From a virus (taxonomy: Duplodnaviria; Caudoviricetes): a stretch of DNA of 60,825 nt. The DNA lies in the IMG/VR virus record IMGVR_UViG_3300033142_000461, positions 1-60,825 of that record. One strand, given 5' to 3'. Under the pieces are notes generated by a model, which worked only from the letters and a program-made list of their open reading frames with translations, ran no database searches and was not told the origin of the DNA. Positions 1 through 10,552 of the stretch are shown here, in pieces. Position numbers and translations under genes: made by a program. The number at the start of each line of letters is the position of its first letter. Position 1 is the first letter of the stretch.

Positions 1-2
1 TG

Positions 3-881
3 GGTGATCTAGATTTAGTTATTAGGTCCTCTGTAACTGGTTCTGTTGTTGAGAATATTGTGCATCAAGCAGAATGGAATACAGATAGACTTGATGGTTC
101 AGGAGATGCATTTAATATTTCTGGATATCTATTAGATACAACTAAAGACAATATTTACTGGATTGATTATCAATGGTTGGGTGCTGGTAATGTTAGGTTC
201 GGTGTTGAAATTGCTGGTGAACGTATTACATGCCACTCATGGAATAATTCTAACGTAAATAATGTATCATATATGCGTACTGGTTCACTACCTATATGTG
301 TTGAACAAGAAAATACTGGTTCTGTTGGTTCAATTTCTGAACTGAGATGGTTCTGTGGAACTGTAAAATCAGAAGGTTCTTTTATGCCTCACATGGGTCA
401 ATTTAATATGGCTGGTGATGCTTTAAAAGCTGTTACTGCTGCTGGTGGTCGTGTACCATTAATGTCAATACGTCCTCGATTAAATTATCAAGGAAAGACA
501 AATAAGATAATGATTCTGCCAAATCAATTCTCTGGTATGGCAGTTGATACGGCAACTAAAGCATTAGATGGATATGTACGAGTAGAGTTATGGAAGAATG
601 CTGTTCTAACAGATTCAACATGGTTGACTACAGTATCATCAAACTCCGGTGCAGAGATTGATACAGGAGCAACAGCTTTATCTGGTGGTCGAAGAGTAGT
701 ATCGATGATGATGAAAGGAAACGATTTCCAATTAATGGGTGAATTATTTAACTATCTACATGAAAACCTAATCAATAAACAAGATGGCACACAACAGCAT
801 TATACTATTGCTGTTACTCCAATGACTGGTGTTGACTTGTCTATTGCCGGTTCATTATCTTGGAATGAAGTGAGAGACTAA
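3..881 (+). CDS. Hypothetical, probably virion-associated beta-rich protein (5' truncated by window edge)
   Basis: Frame is open from position 3 to TAA at 881; lies next to the late structural genes; no motif recognised. Confidence 0.55.
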   Translation, partial: GDLDLVIRSSVTGSVVENIVHQAEWNTDRLDGSGDAFNISGYLLDTTKDNIYWIDYQWLGAGNVRFGVEIAGERITCHSWNNSNVNNVSYMRTGSLPICVEQENTGSVGSISELRWFCGTVKSEGSFMPHMGQFNMAGDALKAVTAAGGRVPLMSIRPRLNYQGKTNKIMILPNQFSGMAVDTATKALDGYVRVELWKNAVLTDSTWLTTVSSNSGAEIDTGATALSGGRRVVSMMMKGNDFQLMGELFNYLHENLINKQDGTQQHYTIAVTPMTGVDLSIAGSLSWNEVRD

Positions 882-884
882 TAA

Positions 885-1550
885 ATGTCATGGGCTTCAT
901 TATCATATGGACATTGGAGTTACTGGGATCTTCAACATAAGATAACAGTAGACTACATTACCAGACTTATTTACGTCAATGATGGCGTGACTGAGTTTGA
1001 TATAAAGATAGATTTATATTCAGACCTCAAAGAACTATGGTCATTAGACCCAACAGATTATAGATATAATCGATTCAGGCCTCCGGTTCGTGTAATAGGT
1101 GGTGATGCTACGTCCGCTGGTCAGTTCGCTGGTGATATCTACTTCATGCAGAATGGTTGGAGGATCGTATATGATCCAACCAAGACATCTGTAACTGGTG
1201 TACTATTCTCCGACGATTATGATACTCCTTGGTTATATAGTGGTGATATGTCGCCTGTATATCCTGCACAGGTATCATCACTTGTAACTGCTGTTCAACC
1301 TACTCTCGAAGGTCTGGAGATTCCAACTCCTACCGAGACCGCTGAAGCTGTTAGAACAGAACTTAATGTTGAGATGTTACATTTGTTAACACTATACAAC
1401 GGACTAACTCCAGCACAACAAGACGCATTAACAAATATGCCTGATAGTGTTTGGGATAAACCAGTATCAGAGATGACAACAAGTGGTTCTATTGGTGAAT
1501 GGGTTGCCAAGAAACTTCTATCTCTCAAGAAATACATTGGTCTAAAATAA
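885..1550 (+). CDS. Hypothetical protein, probably structural
   Basis: 221-aa ORF tightly packed behind the previous gene. Confidence 0.55.
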   Translation: MSWASLSYGHWSYWDLQHKITVDYITRLIYVNDGVTEFDIKIDLYSDLKELWSLDPTDYRYNRFRPPVRVIGGDATSAGQFAGDIYFMQNGWRIVYDPTKTSVTGVLFSDDYDTPWLYSGDMSPVYPAQVSSLVTAVQPTLEGLEIPTPTETAEAVRTELNVEMLHLLTLYNGLTPAQQDALTNMPDSVWDKPVSEMTTSGSIGEWVAKKLLSLKKYIGLK

Positions 1551-1560
1551 CTAAATTCTA

Positions 1561-1567
1561 CTAAATA
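1561..1567 (+). promoter_or_regulatory. T4-type late promoter (CTAAATA variant) for the lysis cassette
   Basis: CTAAATA 19 nt before the ATG at 1586, followed by GAGG RBS; same variant precedes gp23. Confidence 0.55.
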
Positions 1568-1585
1568 GTATATAAAGAGGTAGAT

Positions 1586-1870
1586 ATGTCGGAAGAAGAA
1601 AATCAAGAAAAAACACTAACTGCTTTCCAGAAGGCTGATGATTGGTGGGCGAAACATAATATAGGCACAAGGTTCGCTTTGATTACTATGATTGCTCTCT
1701 ACGCCTCTCTAGTGTTTGCGTATCTCTTTAACAATGATATGACTAACATTGTACCCGTTATGGAAATCGTTGGTTGGATTTCATTCGCAGGATTCATATC
1801 CATTACACTTGGTGCTAACGGATTGGATAAGATCAAGGACATTATTTTAGCAATAAAGATGAAGAAATAA
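1586..1870 (+). CDS. Putative holin (two transmembrane segments)
   Basis: 94 aa, two hydrophobic helices, basic C-terminus, directly upstream of spanin-like genes. Confidence 0.5.
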   Translation: MSEEENQEKTLTAFQKADDWWAKHNIGTRFALITMIALYASLVFAYLFNNDMTNIVPVMEIVGWISFAGFISITLGANGLDKIKDIILAIKMKK

Positions 1871-1873
1871 ATT

Positions 1874-2374
1874 ATGATTGGATTTTTAGCATTTATACCG
1901 AAGATATTCACAGCCATAGGAAACGCTCTTGTATACGCATCAAAGCATCCTAAAGAAGCTGCTCTTGTCGTCCTACTTGTACTATTGTGGTTTAGTTACA
2001 ACGGAAAAGAGGATATGAGAGAAACTATATCAGAACAAACGATTGATATAGCGGCATACAAAGACGAAATAACGAATCTTGGTGGAATCACTGCCACGAA
2101 AGATGAGATTATCAAGGCCAGAGATGAAACTATCACAGACTTTAAAATTGTCATAGGCAAAATAAAGGTTGAACTTGGTGAACTAAAAGGAAAAGCTGAC
2201 GACCAAAGAAAACGTATTGCTGATAGTAGCGCTGAAGCGGTTAGACTACAAAACGAATTGAATAAAGCGACCAGTGGTGTACTCTTTACAGATATACCTA
2301 TTACAAGCGATTGTCCTGCAGCGGACACTGTAGATTGGGCATTAGAAACAATCCTTGAGGGAGTACAGAAATGA
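1874..2374 (+). CDS. Putative inner-membrane spanin (Rz-like)
   Basis: N-terminal TM segment (AALVVLLVLLWF), long coiled coil, C-terminal Cys. Confidence 0.6.
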   Translation: MIGFLAFIPKIFTAIGNALVYASKHPKEAALVVLLVLLWFSYNGKEDMRETISEQTIDIAAYKDEITNLGGITATKDEIIKARDETITDFKIVIGKIKVELGELKGKADDQRKRIADSSAEAVRLQNELNKATSGVLFTDIPITSDCPAADTVDWALETILEGVQK

Positions 2375-2553
2375 AAACAGTAAAAGAATTTATCGATGGT
2401 GATATGATAGTTGAATCTCTAAATACTAGTGGTGGTATGTCCGATTTGATTAAAGCACTTAGAAAAGAATTAATTTCCGGTAAGCAAATAACACTTATCG
2501 CAAAAGCTAACTCTAATACAAAGGTTAGTTGGAATATAAGTAAAGACATATGA
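2371..2553 (+). CDS. Small protein with capsid-targeting-like N-terminus (MKTVKEFIDG)
   Basis: First seven residues MKTVKEF identical to ORFs 54127 and 54372. Confidence 0.55.
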   Translation: MKTVKEFIDGDMIVESLNTSGGMSDLIKALRKELISGKQITLIAKANSNTKVSWNISKDI

Positions 2554-2882
2554 AATATATATTAACTATATTACTGGTACTGTCTGTCATCGGATGTACA
2601 GAGAAGATTGTCTATAAGGACAGAATCGTAACAAAAGAAACTATTGTAGAAGTTCCTATGATTGTTGCAGCGGAGTGTGAAGAACCTCCTGCATTTAATC
2701 CTGTTCCTACAATGATTCACTCTTTGACGATAGAAGATAAAGGAAATTATGAGAAAATTGTGAAAGCACTTCTTATTTCCAATCTTCAATCAGAACACGA
2801 TGTTTCTGTCTGTAAAGGTCATTTAGACGCATACCGAAAAGAAAAGATAAATACCGATAATACTAAACCAGGACAAGATTAA
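2550..2882 (+). CDS. Putative outer-membrane spanin lipoprotein (Rz1-like)
   Basis: Signal peptide with lipobox VIG-C, Pro-rich segment, further Cys residues. Confidence 0.6.
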   Translation: MKYILTILLVLSVIGCTEKIVYKDRIVTKETIVEVPMIVAAECEEPPAFNPVPTMIHSLTIEDKGNYEKIVKALLISNLQSEHDVSVCKGHLDAYRKEKINTDNTKPGQD

Positions 2883-3562
2883 TGAAAACCACATTTAGAA
2901 CAAAGAGTACGCCGATTGTTGCGAATGGTTCAACTACCAAAGACATCGGCGGTACAGCAAATGTCGCAACTAAACACACATTTCAAGTTGTTGCGGATAA
3001 AGGCACAACAGAACTAATCTCTGCTGGCGACTTTGCAGCAGATACCGGTTTCACGAAAGGAACAGGTTGGACTATTGCAGATGGCGTTGCTTCTTGTGAT
3101 GGTACACAGACAGCAGATAGTCTATTGACACTAACCACTCCCGTTACAACAGTTGCTAGTACAGTATACCTAATTGAATTTGATGTTGTAACCATCACCG
3201 CAGGTAATGTCGCAGCACAGTTTGACGGCATAGAAGTTATTGCTGACCAGTCAGAAGCGGGAACGTACAGGGTACTAGTGGCAGCTGCTGATACATCTGG
3301 TGAAGTTGATATCGTTGCTGATGACGAATTTGTTGGTTCTATTGATAATCTATCGCTGAGCGCTGTGGCAACAACTGGCGTAATTACCATATCAGGTAAA
3401 GTTGACAGACAAGACCCTGTCTGTACATACGCAGTAATGGGAACTATCGACCTATCATCAACAACTGTACTATTCTGGGAAGGTTCTGTCGAATCATTTG
3501 AATTTGGTGCCGGGGCAACATTAGATGGTAGTATTACTGTAGTATCAACTTCAACTAGATAA
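2882..3562 (+). CDS. Putative virion structural/decoration protein
   Basis: Thr/Ala/Gly/Asp-rich beta-type sequence immediately upstream of gp13. Confidence 0.5.
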   Translation: MKTTFRTKSTPIVANGSTTKDIGGTANVATKHTFQVVADKGTTELISAGDFAADTGFTKGTGWTIADGVASCDGTQTADSLLTLTTPVTTVASTVYLIEFDVVTITAGNVAAQFDGIEVIADQSEAGTYRVLVAAADTSGEVDIVADDEFVGSIDNLSLSAVATTGVITISGKVDRQDPVCTYAVMGTIDLSSTTVLFWEGSVESFEFGAGATLDGSITVVSTSTR

Positions 3563-3573
3563 GGTAACACAAT

Positions 3574-4752
3574 ATGCCTATCGAATCTGTCAATCAACTT
3601 AGAGATTACTGCCTAGAGAGACTTGGGTCTCCTGTAATCAATATCGAAGGAGATGATGCTCAATGGAAGAGTAGAATCAATGACGCCATTCAATTCTTTG
3701 TTGAACGACATTATGATGGTGTGGAAGAAGTATTCTTCCGAAAGACTGTATTTCCAGAAGACGCTAAAAACGGATATGTAACAATCGATGGAGATATTGT
3801 TGCTGTTACAGAGTATTTCAAACGCGGCGAGACCGGTATGTCATCTGAAATTTGGGATGACGCTGAATGGAACTATATGGATGAGGTTAACCGACATGGT
3901 GGATTCTCTTCTAGTTCATACGGTCTTGTTGACTATTATCTAACAAGAACATATATAAGTCTATTAAATGATTTATTTGGTTCATCACATCACGGTTACA
4001 ATTTCAATAAAGGAACAAATAGATTCTATCCTAAAAGTTCGTTCACAAGTGTTGGTTCTTCTGACCTTCTAGGAACTACGGAAGACTACGGTGACTGGAC
4101 TTCTACGAACTCTACCATCAGTGTTAATGATGCTGAATGGATAAACGGAGAACTAACAGGAATGACTCTTACAAGTGATGCATCTGGTGCATTTGACATC
4201 ACACAGAGTAAAGTTACAGATCATTATGTTTCTGGTACATATACCTCTACCATAATCTTAAAGAAAGGAACATACACAGGTAATGTTGTATTAAAGATTC
4301 TTGACCGTGATGATTATGAATTGGGTAGAGAAATAATTACTCCTACTACCAAGTGGGACCAATATTTTGTATCTGGTACTGCTGATGGATACAATATTAA
4401 TGATTTGAAAGTTGTAATCGAATCCGAAACTGATGCTATTGGTGTCGGAGAGACAATTCTGTTCCATGGTATCACACTATACAAGAACTCATACATTGTT
4501 GTTAAAGGATATAAAGCTGTTTCGGAAGACGATACAGATATTCTTGACGACCCTTGGATGAAGAGATACGCTACAGCAATGATTAAACAACAATGGGGAA
4601 ATAACACCAAGAAATATGACGGTGTACAACTACCTGGCGGCATCACAATGAAAGGTACAGAAATCTATCAAGAGGCCACAGAAGAAATCGCTCTACTAGA
4701 GAGTGAATTTGCCCAACGTTATGAAATGCCTGATATGATCTATATAGGTTAA
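3574..4752 (+). CDS. gp13: Neck protein gp13 with an internal inserted domain
   Basis: YCLERLGSPVINIE, HYDG, WMKRYATAMIKQQWGNN-KKYDGVQLPGG motifs; synteny. Confidence 0.92.
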   Translation: MPIESVNQLRDYCLERLGSPVINIEGDDAQWKSRINDAIQFFVERHYDGVEEVFFRKTVFPEDAKNGYVTIDGDIVAVTEYFKRGETGMSSEIWDDAEWNYMDEVNRHGGFSSSSYGLVDYYLTRTYISLLNDLFGSSHHGYNFNKGTNRFYPKSSFTSVGSSDLLGTTEDYGDWTSTNSTISVNDAEWINGELTGMTLTSDASGAFDITQSKVTDHYVSGTYTSTIILKKGTYTGNVVLKILDRDDYELGREIITPTTKWDQYFVSGTADGYNINDLKVVIESETDAIGVGETILFHGITLYKNSYIVVKGYKAVSEDDTDILDDPWMKRYATAMIKQQWGNNTKKYDGVQLPGGITMKGTEIYQEATEEIALLESEFAQRYEMPDMIYIG

Positions 4753-4756
4753 TACC

Positions 4757-5431
4757 ATGGCAACCTCTAAGTATTTCAACCTCTACCAGTCTGGCCACAC
4801 AGGCGAACAAGATATGTTGCATAACATGTCCAAAGAGTGTATCCAGATTAATGGCCTTGATTGTTACTATCTTCCTCGTACTCTTGTTAAAGAAGACTCC
4901 TTATTTGGAGAAGATGTACTATCAGAGTTTAATACAACCTACGAAATAGAAGCTTATGTGGAGTCATTTGATAATTATGAAGGCAGTGGTGATTTATTGG
5001 CATCGTTCGGACTTAATGTAACGGATGAACTTAATCTTACCGTTGCAACACGAAGATTCACCGAAGTAACATCAATGAAAAAACCTTTAGAGGGTGACCT
5101 TATATATTTTCCGCTAGGAAAAGCGTTGTTTGAAATTAAATTTGTGGAAGATGAACAGCCGTTCTATCCACTAGGAACTCTACCTTCATATTCTTTAAGA
5201 TGTAAGTTATATGACCACAGTCATGAGACTATTACTCCACTATCTGCGGTAGACGGGTTACTTACTACAGATGATGATATTAATGCGGCATATGATACAC
5301 CAACATCGACAACAGATGGTACAACAGAACCAACAACTATCGATGACCCATATGCCAATAATGATGAGATCGAGACAGAAGCTATAAATGTTATTGATTT
5401 CTCAGAATCCAACCCATTTGGAAGTTTTTAA
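4757..5431 (+). CDS. gp14: Neck protein gp14
   Basis: YYLPR...LFGED, PLEGDLIYFP, FEIKFVE, DFSESNPFG motifs. Confidence 0.93.
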   Translation: MATSKYFNLYQSGHTGEQDMLHNMSKECIQINGLDCYYLPRTLVKEDSLFGEDVLSEFNTTYEIEAYVESFDNYEGSGDLLASFGLNVTDELNLTVATRRFTEVTSMKKPLEGDLIYFPLGKALFEIKFVEDEQPFYPLGTLPSYSLRCKLYDHSHETITPLSAVDGLLTTDDDINAAYDTPTSTTDGTTEPTTIDDPYANNDEIETEAINVIDFSESNPFGSF

Positions 5432-5434
5432 TAA

Positions 5435-6220
5435 ATGTTTGATACAGGTACAGGTTCTACACATTTCTACCATGGTTCAGCACGTAAGATTGTAGCTGCA
5501 TTTGGTTCTATGTTCAACAAAGTTGTTGGAGCTAGATATGATAGCGATGGAAACATTGTGAAGAAATTCGCGGTGCCGATTGCTTACTCAGGACAACAAC
5601 ACTACATTAAGAAACTAAGACAAGACCTATCTGAAAATGCTGTTGCTATTGATACTGTGTTGCCTAGAATGTCGTTCTCCCTTGAGTCATTAATATACGA
5701 CCCAACACGACAATTACATCCTGCAAGTTATATGAAGGTCAATGACCCTAACGACTACAGTATCTTACACAAGAGATGGAATCCAGTACCATATACATAC
5801 TACTTTAATGTTGGTGTTTACTCAAAGAACATGGAAGACGGTCTACAACTAATTGAACAAATAGTTCCTTGGTTCTCTCCTTCTTTCAATATGCCAGTAA
5901 TAATGGTTGATGATGTGACAATAGATGTTCCTGTTACACTTACAAATGTTACATTCGAAGATAACGATATGGAAGGATTCACCGAAAACCGTATGTTAAC
6001 TTGGAATATATCATTCGAAGCAAAAGGACTGTTCTTCAAACCTATCAATACTCCTACTGTTGTTGATACCGCTATCATTGATATGCATGATGATTCTGAG
6101 TTCTCAGAACCTGTAGAACTAGGAACAATAACAGAATTAGATCCTGTATACATTGTTACAGAAGATAAATATAATATCGCTGACGATGACGGATACCTCA
6201 TCGTAGCTACTGAAACTTAA
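5435..6220 (+). CDS. gp15: Tail sheath stabiliser/terminator gp15
   Basis: FYHGS-RK-V-AFG-MFN, LPRMSF, PVPY, QLIEQIVPWFSP motifs. Confidence 0.92.
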   Translation: MFDTGTGSTHFYHGSARKIVAAFGSMFNKVVGARYDSDGNIVKKFAVPIAYSGQQHYIKKLRQDLSENAVAIDTVLPRMSFSLESLIYDPTRQLHPASYMKVNDPNDYSILHKRWNPVPYTYYFNVGVYSKNMEDGLQLIEQIVPWFSPSFNMPVIMVDDVTIDVPVTLTNVTFEDNDMEGFTENRMLTWNISFEAKGLFFKPINTPTVVDTAIIDMHDDSEFSEPVELGTITELDPVYIVTEDKYNIADDDGYLIVATET

Positions 6221-6230
6221 AGGTAATAAA

Positions 6231-6926
6231 ATGGCAATAAAGCGTATAAGAGATTTAGACGAAAACACCACAGCTGATGATACAGACTTAGTTCTTACAG
6301 AAAGCGCGTCAGGCACCACATTAAAGACTAAGTTGATTAACCTTCTTAAGCGCGTATTCGCTTTCGAAGATGTATGGGAAGATTATGTTGTTGCTTTGGA
6401 TGCATCAAACACACTTTCAGCTAATAACTCACCCACAATGGAAGAATTCAGAAGTGGTATATACGCACTCAGATATCCTGTAGACATTAAAGAACATGAA
6501 GCATTCTTCACGTTTCACTTTCACCACGATATGAAACCTGATACAGATATGCATATTCACTGTCACTTTACAACAAATGATGAATCTCCGACAGGAAATG
6601 TAAAATGGAATGTTGATTATATGTATGCTAGAGGGTATGAAGCTGATACGTTCCCTGCTCCTACAACACTATCCGTTGTTGCACCTGTCGGCGCACAATA
6701 TTCTCATCAAATCACCGATGATGAGGCTATGATTATTTCTGCCACAGCAAATGATTTGGAACCAGATGGTCTTCTTATGGGTAGAGTATACAGAAATACA
6801 GAAGACATTGAAGATACTTGTGATTCTGACACTTTCTTACTATATGTAGATATTCACTACGTTAAGAATCGCGTTGGAACAACAGAAAGAAATCGTCCAT
6901 TCACTTCTGGTGGATTTGGTGCATAA
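6231..6926 (+). CDS. Putative virion fibre/decoration protein
   Basis: N-terminal MAIKRIRDL...D...T-K segment resembling fibre N-termini; late operon. Confidence 0.45.
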   Translation: MAIKRIRDLDENTTADDTDLVLTESASGTTLKTKLINLLKRVFAFEDVWEDYVVALDASNTLSANNSPTMEEFRSGIYALRYPVDIKEHEAFFTFHFHHDMKPDTDMHIHCHFTTNDESPTGNVKWNVDYMYARGYEADTFPAPTTLSVVAPVGAQYSHQITDDEAMIISATANDLEPDGLLMGRVYRNTEDIEDTCDSDTFLLYVDIHYVKNRVGTTERNRPFTSGGFGA

Positions 6927-7318
6927 TGCTTACATATAAACAACGTCTATCAGAACTCAAGGTCACAAAGAACCAGTTGAATCAATTGGAGAAGACTTTG
7001 GATTCGTTGTTCAAAGAACTCAATATCGATATTGTGTTCACCAATCATTTCCTCGATAGAGTCAATGATGAACGTAATGTTGAACAGATTAAGGTTCGTG
7101 AACTAAGAGACTTGTTCAGAAAAGAATTTGCCAAATATAAGAACGAATTCAAAGGAATGACACCAGGCCTACAGGCCATACTAAAAGACCTTGAGACAAA
7201 TGTGAATGTGCCGTTTGTTATCAAATGGGACGAGAAGAATAAAGAACTTGACCTTATCGGAAAGACTGTTATGAGAAAGAAAAATTTCAAGTCTAGCAAC
7301 AAAGAATACAAAGTCTAG
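6926..7318 (+). CDS. Hypothetical protein with capsid-targeting-like N-terminus (MLTYKQRLSE)
   Basis: CTS-like start ending L-S-E; body has FTNHFLDRVND...KTVMRK. Confidence 0.6.
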   Translation: MLTYKQRLSELKVTKNQLNQLEKTLDSLFKELNIDIVFTNHFLDRVNDERNVEQIKVRELRDLFRKEFAKYKNEFKGMTPGLQAILKDLETNVNVPFVIKWDEKNKELDLIGKTVMRKKNFKSSNKEYKV

Positions 7319-8058
7319 TGTTATCGTTTAGAGAATTTAATGAAGATTTAACCTATGAGGATTGGGAACTCGCCCTATCCTATGTGGAGAGTGATTATCT
7401 TAATGAAGGACTACTTGATAACTTCAAGATTCCTGCGAAAATTGCTAAATTGTTCAATACAATAAAGAAAGAAATTGGCATCATCATTGATAAGTTCAAA
7501 CTCAATATTAAAGATGCGGTTAATGCTTTTAAAGAAAGACACGTATTCGGTATATTGAAGGGAGTTGGATTCAGCTTTAAATCCCTATACAGACTATACT
7601 TGGATGCATATAATCTTATTGTGAAAGGTCTATTCAAGACATTTGAAGATATTCACAAGACTAAGATTTTTCAAAAGATTCAAAAAGGTACCATTAAGAT
7701 TGATGAGGTATTGGCGAAATATCCTATACTAAAGAAACTTACTGGCCCTATTGTTGCCGGATTATTACTATATATCTGGTTGAATATGTCCTTTATAGGC
7801 GACCTTGAGTATGATATGAACATTGTAAATATGTTCTCAGCATTACAAGGAAACTTCTCCGTTGAGGACCTATTCGGAAGTAAAGATGGATTGTTGTTGA
7901 TTACACTATTCGGTAGTGGTATAACATTGGGTTTATCTGCGCCATGGCTCGGAAAAACTGTACTAAATATGGTACTGGCTCTTGTATATACAGGACTCAA
8001 ATATTCAAAATCAGACAACAAATTGATAAATAGATTACACAGCTACATAAACAATTAA
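7318..8058 (+). CDS. Hypothetical protein with CTS-like N-terminus and C-terminal hydrophobic helices
   Basis: GTG start overlapping upstream TAG; MLSFREFNE...YLNE. Confidence 0.55.
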   Translation: MLSFREFNEDLTYEDWELALSYVESDYLNEGLLDNFKIPAKIAKLFNTIKKEIGIIIDKFKLNIKDAVNAFKERHVFGILKGVGFSFKSLYRLYLDAYNLIVKGLFKTFEDIHKTKIFQKIQKGTIKIDEVLAKYPILKKLTGPIVAGLLLYIWLNMSFIGDLEYDMNIVNMFSALQGNFSVEDLFGSKDGLLLITLFGSGITLGLSAPWLGKTVLNMVLALVYTGLKYSKSDNKLINRLHSYINN

Positions 8059-8069
8059 AAGGTATACAA

Positions 8070-8411
8070 ATGAAGACATATAAGGAATTCCTTGCGGAAG
8101 CAAAATTAGCAGAAGAACAATCTTACAAAGAGTTTTTCACAGCCGCACTAAAGAAGTTTGGTGTAACAGAGCCAGACCAACTGGAAGGTGACAAGAAGAA
8201 GGAATTCTTTGATTATGTGGATGCGAATTGGGAAGGCGAGAACGAAGTTGACGAAGCAGCTAAATGTGACGATGACGAAGAACTGACCGAAGAAGACGAT
8301 GACAAAGAAGAAAAGTCTGATGATGACGATGATGATTCGGAAGACAAAGAAGAAAAGTCTGATGATGACGATTCAGAAGATGATGACGAAGAAAAAGAAG
8401 ACAAAGAATAA
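8070..8411 (+). CDS. Internal head/core protein with T4-type capsid-targeting sequence and acidic tail
   Basis: MKTYKEFLAE closely matches the T4 internal-protein CTS; GATAAATA late promoter at 8025-8032; Asp/Glu-rich tail with a 42-nt-period duplication. Confidence 0.75.
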   Translation: MKTYKEFLAEAKLAEEQSYKEFFTAALKKFGVTEPDQLEGDKKKEFFDYVDANWEGENEVDEAAKCDDDEELTEEDDDKEEKSDDDDDDSEDKEEKSDDDDSEDDDEEKEDKE

Positions 8412-8421
8412 AACCTTTTAA

Positions 8422-8446
8422 TGAGGACCTTCGGGTCCTCAGTTTT
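8422..8446 (+). terminator. Rho-independent terminator-like hairpin
   Basis: TGAGGACC-TTCG-GGTCCTCA followed by GTTTT. Confidence 0.75.
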
Positions 8447-8460
8447 GTTATGGTATTATA

Positions 8461-10486
<2,026 letters not shown>

Positions 10487-10552
10487 ATATAAATACAAGT
10501 TTTAATAAATATATCTGTAAAGATTAATAATCAAGAATTTTAGGAGAAATAT

